Origin: Octopus sinensis
Taxonomy: Eukaryota
Assembly: GCF_006345805.1 (NCBI RefSeq)
Contig: NC_043003.1
Location: forward strand, 3,038,001-3,102,000
Direction of reading: 5' to 3'
Length of the DNA stretch: 64,000 nucleotides
A program made the translations under genes and the position numbers. The notes beneath the pieces were generated by a model, which was not told where the DNA came from, did not search any database, and was given only the letters and a program-made list of their open reading frames with translations. Shown here piece by piece: positions 61,657 to 64,000 of this stretch (positions are counted from its first letter, which is position 1; each line of letters begins with the position of its first letter).

Positions 61657-64000
61657 TAACAGCAAATATCCAGGGTCTTTATCCGAAAACAAAACAGTGT
61701 AAAGTCCCTTTCTTGGAAGAATTAGCAACAGAAAACAACTCCAAAATAATTGGAATTACTGAAAGTCATCTCAACGAAAACATCCGCAACAGCGAAATCA
61801 CAATCAATAGATTCAACATCTTCAGATGTGATAGACAAGGCAGATCCCATGGGGGCGTTATCATGTATATCCATGATACCTATGCATGCATAGAACTTGT
61901 CAATGAATCAAATGCCTACTGCAACCTGCTGTGCATAAAAATCATCCAACTTAACACAGTTGTAACAATAATGTACAGACCGCCAAACAGCCCAACATTA
62001 TCCTTCACTGAGCCACTGACGAAGCTCCAACAAATTCTGGGAAACATGGCAAGTCCAATGCCAGACATTATCCTCCTTGGTGACTTCAACTTCCCTAACA
62101 TCATCTGGCCACATGGACACATACTAAAACTGGGGACAAAAGCTGAACAAATACAGGCAGCCAAACTGTTGGAAGTCACAGAGAAATTATACCTCAAACA
62201 AATGATGACAGAAGCAACAAGAAATAATAATACGATCGACTTGGTTTTCACCAACAACGAGGACACGCTATTTGACCTTCACTCAACCCCAACAATCCTT
62301 TCAGACCACAATATTATTGAAATGCATTTACACATTGGTAATGAGCCCAATGCCACAACTCTTAAACAAAAGGACATGCCAAAGCTATGCAGGTATGATT
62401 ATCACCAGGCAAATTGGGAAACTATTAACAACCAGTTACAAATCATTGACTGGGATCTCTACCTTACTGGGCCAGATAAACACAAGAAATTCTTAAACAA
62501 GATCGAAGAAATATGTGAAAAAAATGTTCCTCTAAAGAAAACCAAGTCCACAAAAAAACCTGTACCACGGGAGCGAAAGATCCTGATGCGCAAAAGGTCA
62601 AGACTAAGAAACAAAACATCTAAGCTGACATCAAAACATGAATTACAGAAAGTCCTTGACCAAATATACAGATTAGAAGACAATCTAAAACAACACTATG
62701 ATGAAGAACGTAACAATGCAGAAAAGAAAGCCATAGAAAACATCAAGAAAAATCCAAAATGTTTCTACAGTTTTGCAAAGAAATACTCGAACACCAAGTC
62801 AACAATAGGACCTCTCCAGAGACAAAATGGGGATGTAGTGAATAACCTTATTGAAATGGCAGAAATGTTGGGTCAACAGTATGAAAGTGTCTTCAGTGAG
62901 CCATCTAAAACCATGAAGATCCATGACCCAGGAAAATTCTTCAAGGATATCGACCATACTAAACCTACCCTATCCGACATTGATTTCAACCCAGAAGACA
63001 TAGCAAGAGCAATAGACAAGCTCTCCATGCACTCGGCTGCGGGGCCTGACGGTTTCAATGCCATGATACTTAAAAACTGCAAGGCACAATTGTCGAAACC
63101 CCTTTACATGATATGGAGGGAATCTATGGAGAATGGCAAAATACCAAATACATATAAAGAAGCACACATAACTCCAATACATAAAGGGGATAGCAAATCA
63201 AAACCAAAGAACTACCGACCAATCTCACTGACATCACACATTATCAAGGTCTTCGAAAGAATAGTTCGTGGAAAACTGGTTGAGTTCCTGGAATCCAACA
63301 ATCTGATGAATTGCAACCAGCATGGATTCAGGTTAGGTAGATCATGCCTTTCCCAACTACTGGCACACCATGACCAAATCCTAGAAAATCTAGAGAATGG
63401 ATACAACACAGATGTTATCTACCTCGACTTTGCCAAGGCATTTGACAAGGTAGATCATGGCATCCTGGGTCACAAACTTCGAAAGCTAGGAGTAGGAGGA
63501 AAAGTTGGTACATGGATACACGAGTTCCTTACAAATAGAACTCAAACAGTCACTGTGAATGGAACCCATTCAACACCATCACCTGTGACCAGCAGTGTTC
63601 CTCAGGGTACAGTACTCGGCCCAATCCTGTTTCTCATCCTCATCTCTGACATAGATGAAGATACAACCAGCAACGTCTCATCCTTTGCTGATGACACCAG
63701 GGTCATGAGACAAATCAAAGACGAGGTGGATACAGAGGCCTTACAAAAGGACCTGACCACCATATATAAATGGCAGGAAACAAACAACATGTTGTTCAAT
63801 GATAAGAAGTTTGAACTAATTCGCTACGGAACAGATCAAGATCTGAAAAATACAACAAACTACAGAAACCCATCAGGACAACAAATAATGGAAAAACAGT
63901 ATGTGAAAGATTTAGGCATCCACATGGGAACCAGCCTAAAATTCAGAGAACACCTTGACTCAGTCTGTCTTACTGCAAGAAAGTACAGCGGGTGGATCTT
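61431..64000 (+). CDS. LINE ORF2p (APE endonuclease plus reverse transcriptase), partial; open for 856 codons to the window edge
   Basis: Hand-translated without stops: ANIQGL, ITESHL, YRPP, GDFN, TR..NTIDLVFTN, SDHN, AGPDG, NYRPISLTS, QHGF, YLDFAKAFDKV, PQG..LGP.LF, FADD (63684-95), VKDLG. Confidence 0.92.

Larger units (their letters stand above)
60260..64000 (+). mobile_element. Apparently intact CR1-group LINE (3' end beyond the window)
   Basis: Uninterrupted ORF1 and ORF2. 5' boundary approximate. Confidence 0.9.

Overview
AT-rich animal genomic DNA. The SINE/MITE families and (TA/CA)n tracts point to an octopod cephalopod (inference from recalled repeat families, not a database search). 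Three host genes were reconstructed with in-frame GT-AG junctions: intronless mos kinase (4866-5942 +), 10-exon BRIX1 (10243-24981 +, about 308 aa) and 5-coding-exon IPP/KLHL27 BTB-BACK-kelch (46134-34312 -, 596 aa). The rest is dense in SINEs, MITEs, Tc1, pogo and Helitron remnants, and LINE fragments. The window ends inside an apparently intact CR1-type LINE whose ORF2 is missing from the ORF track because it runs off the edge. Most notable: (1) type-I hammerhead ribozyme motifs in three different non-autonomous elements, including a tRNA-headed SINE with an inverted partial copy just upstream of BRIX1; (2) a correctly phased U_UUU_UUA slippery site exactly where the -1 ORF2 frame of the LINE opens, with no AUG before the endonuclease domain; (3) a ~1 kb inverted duplication with arm-specific insertions; (4) a vertebrate-like translational control code in mos; (5) an LTR-like promoter upstream of IPP.
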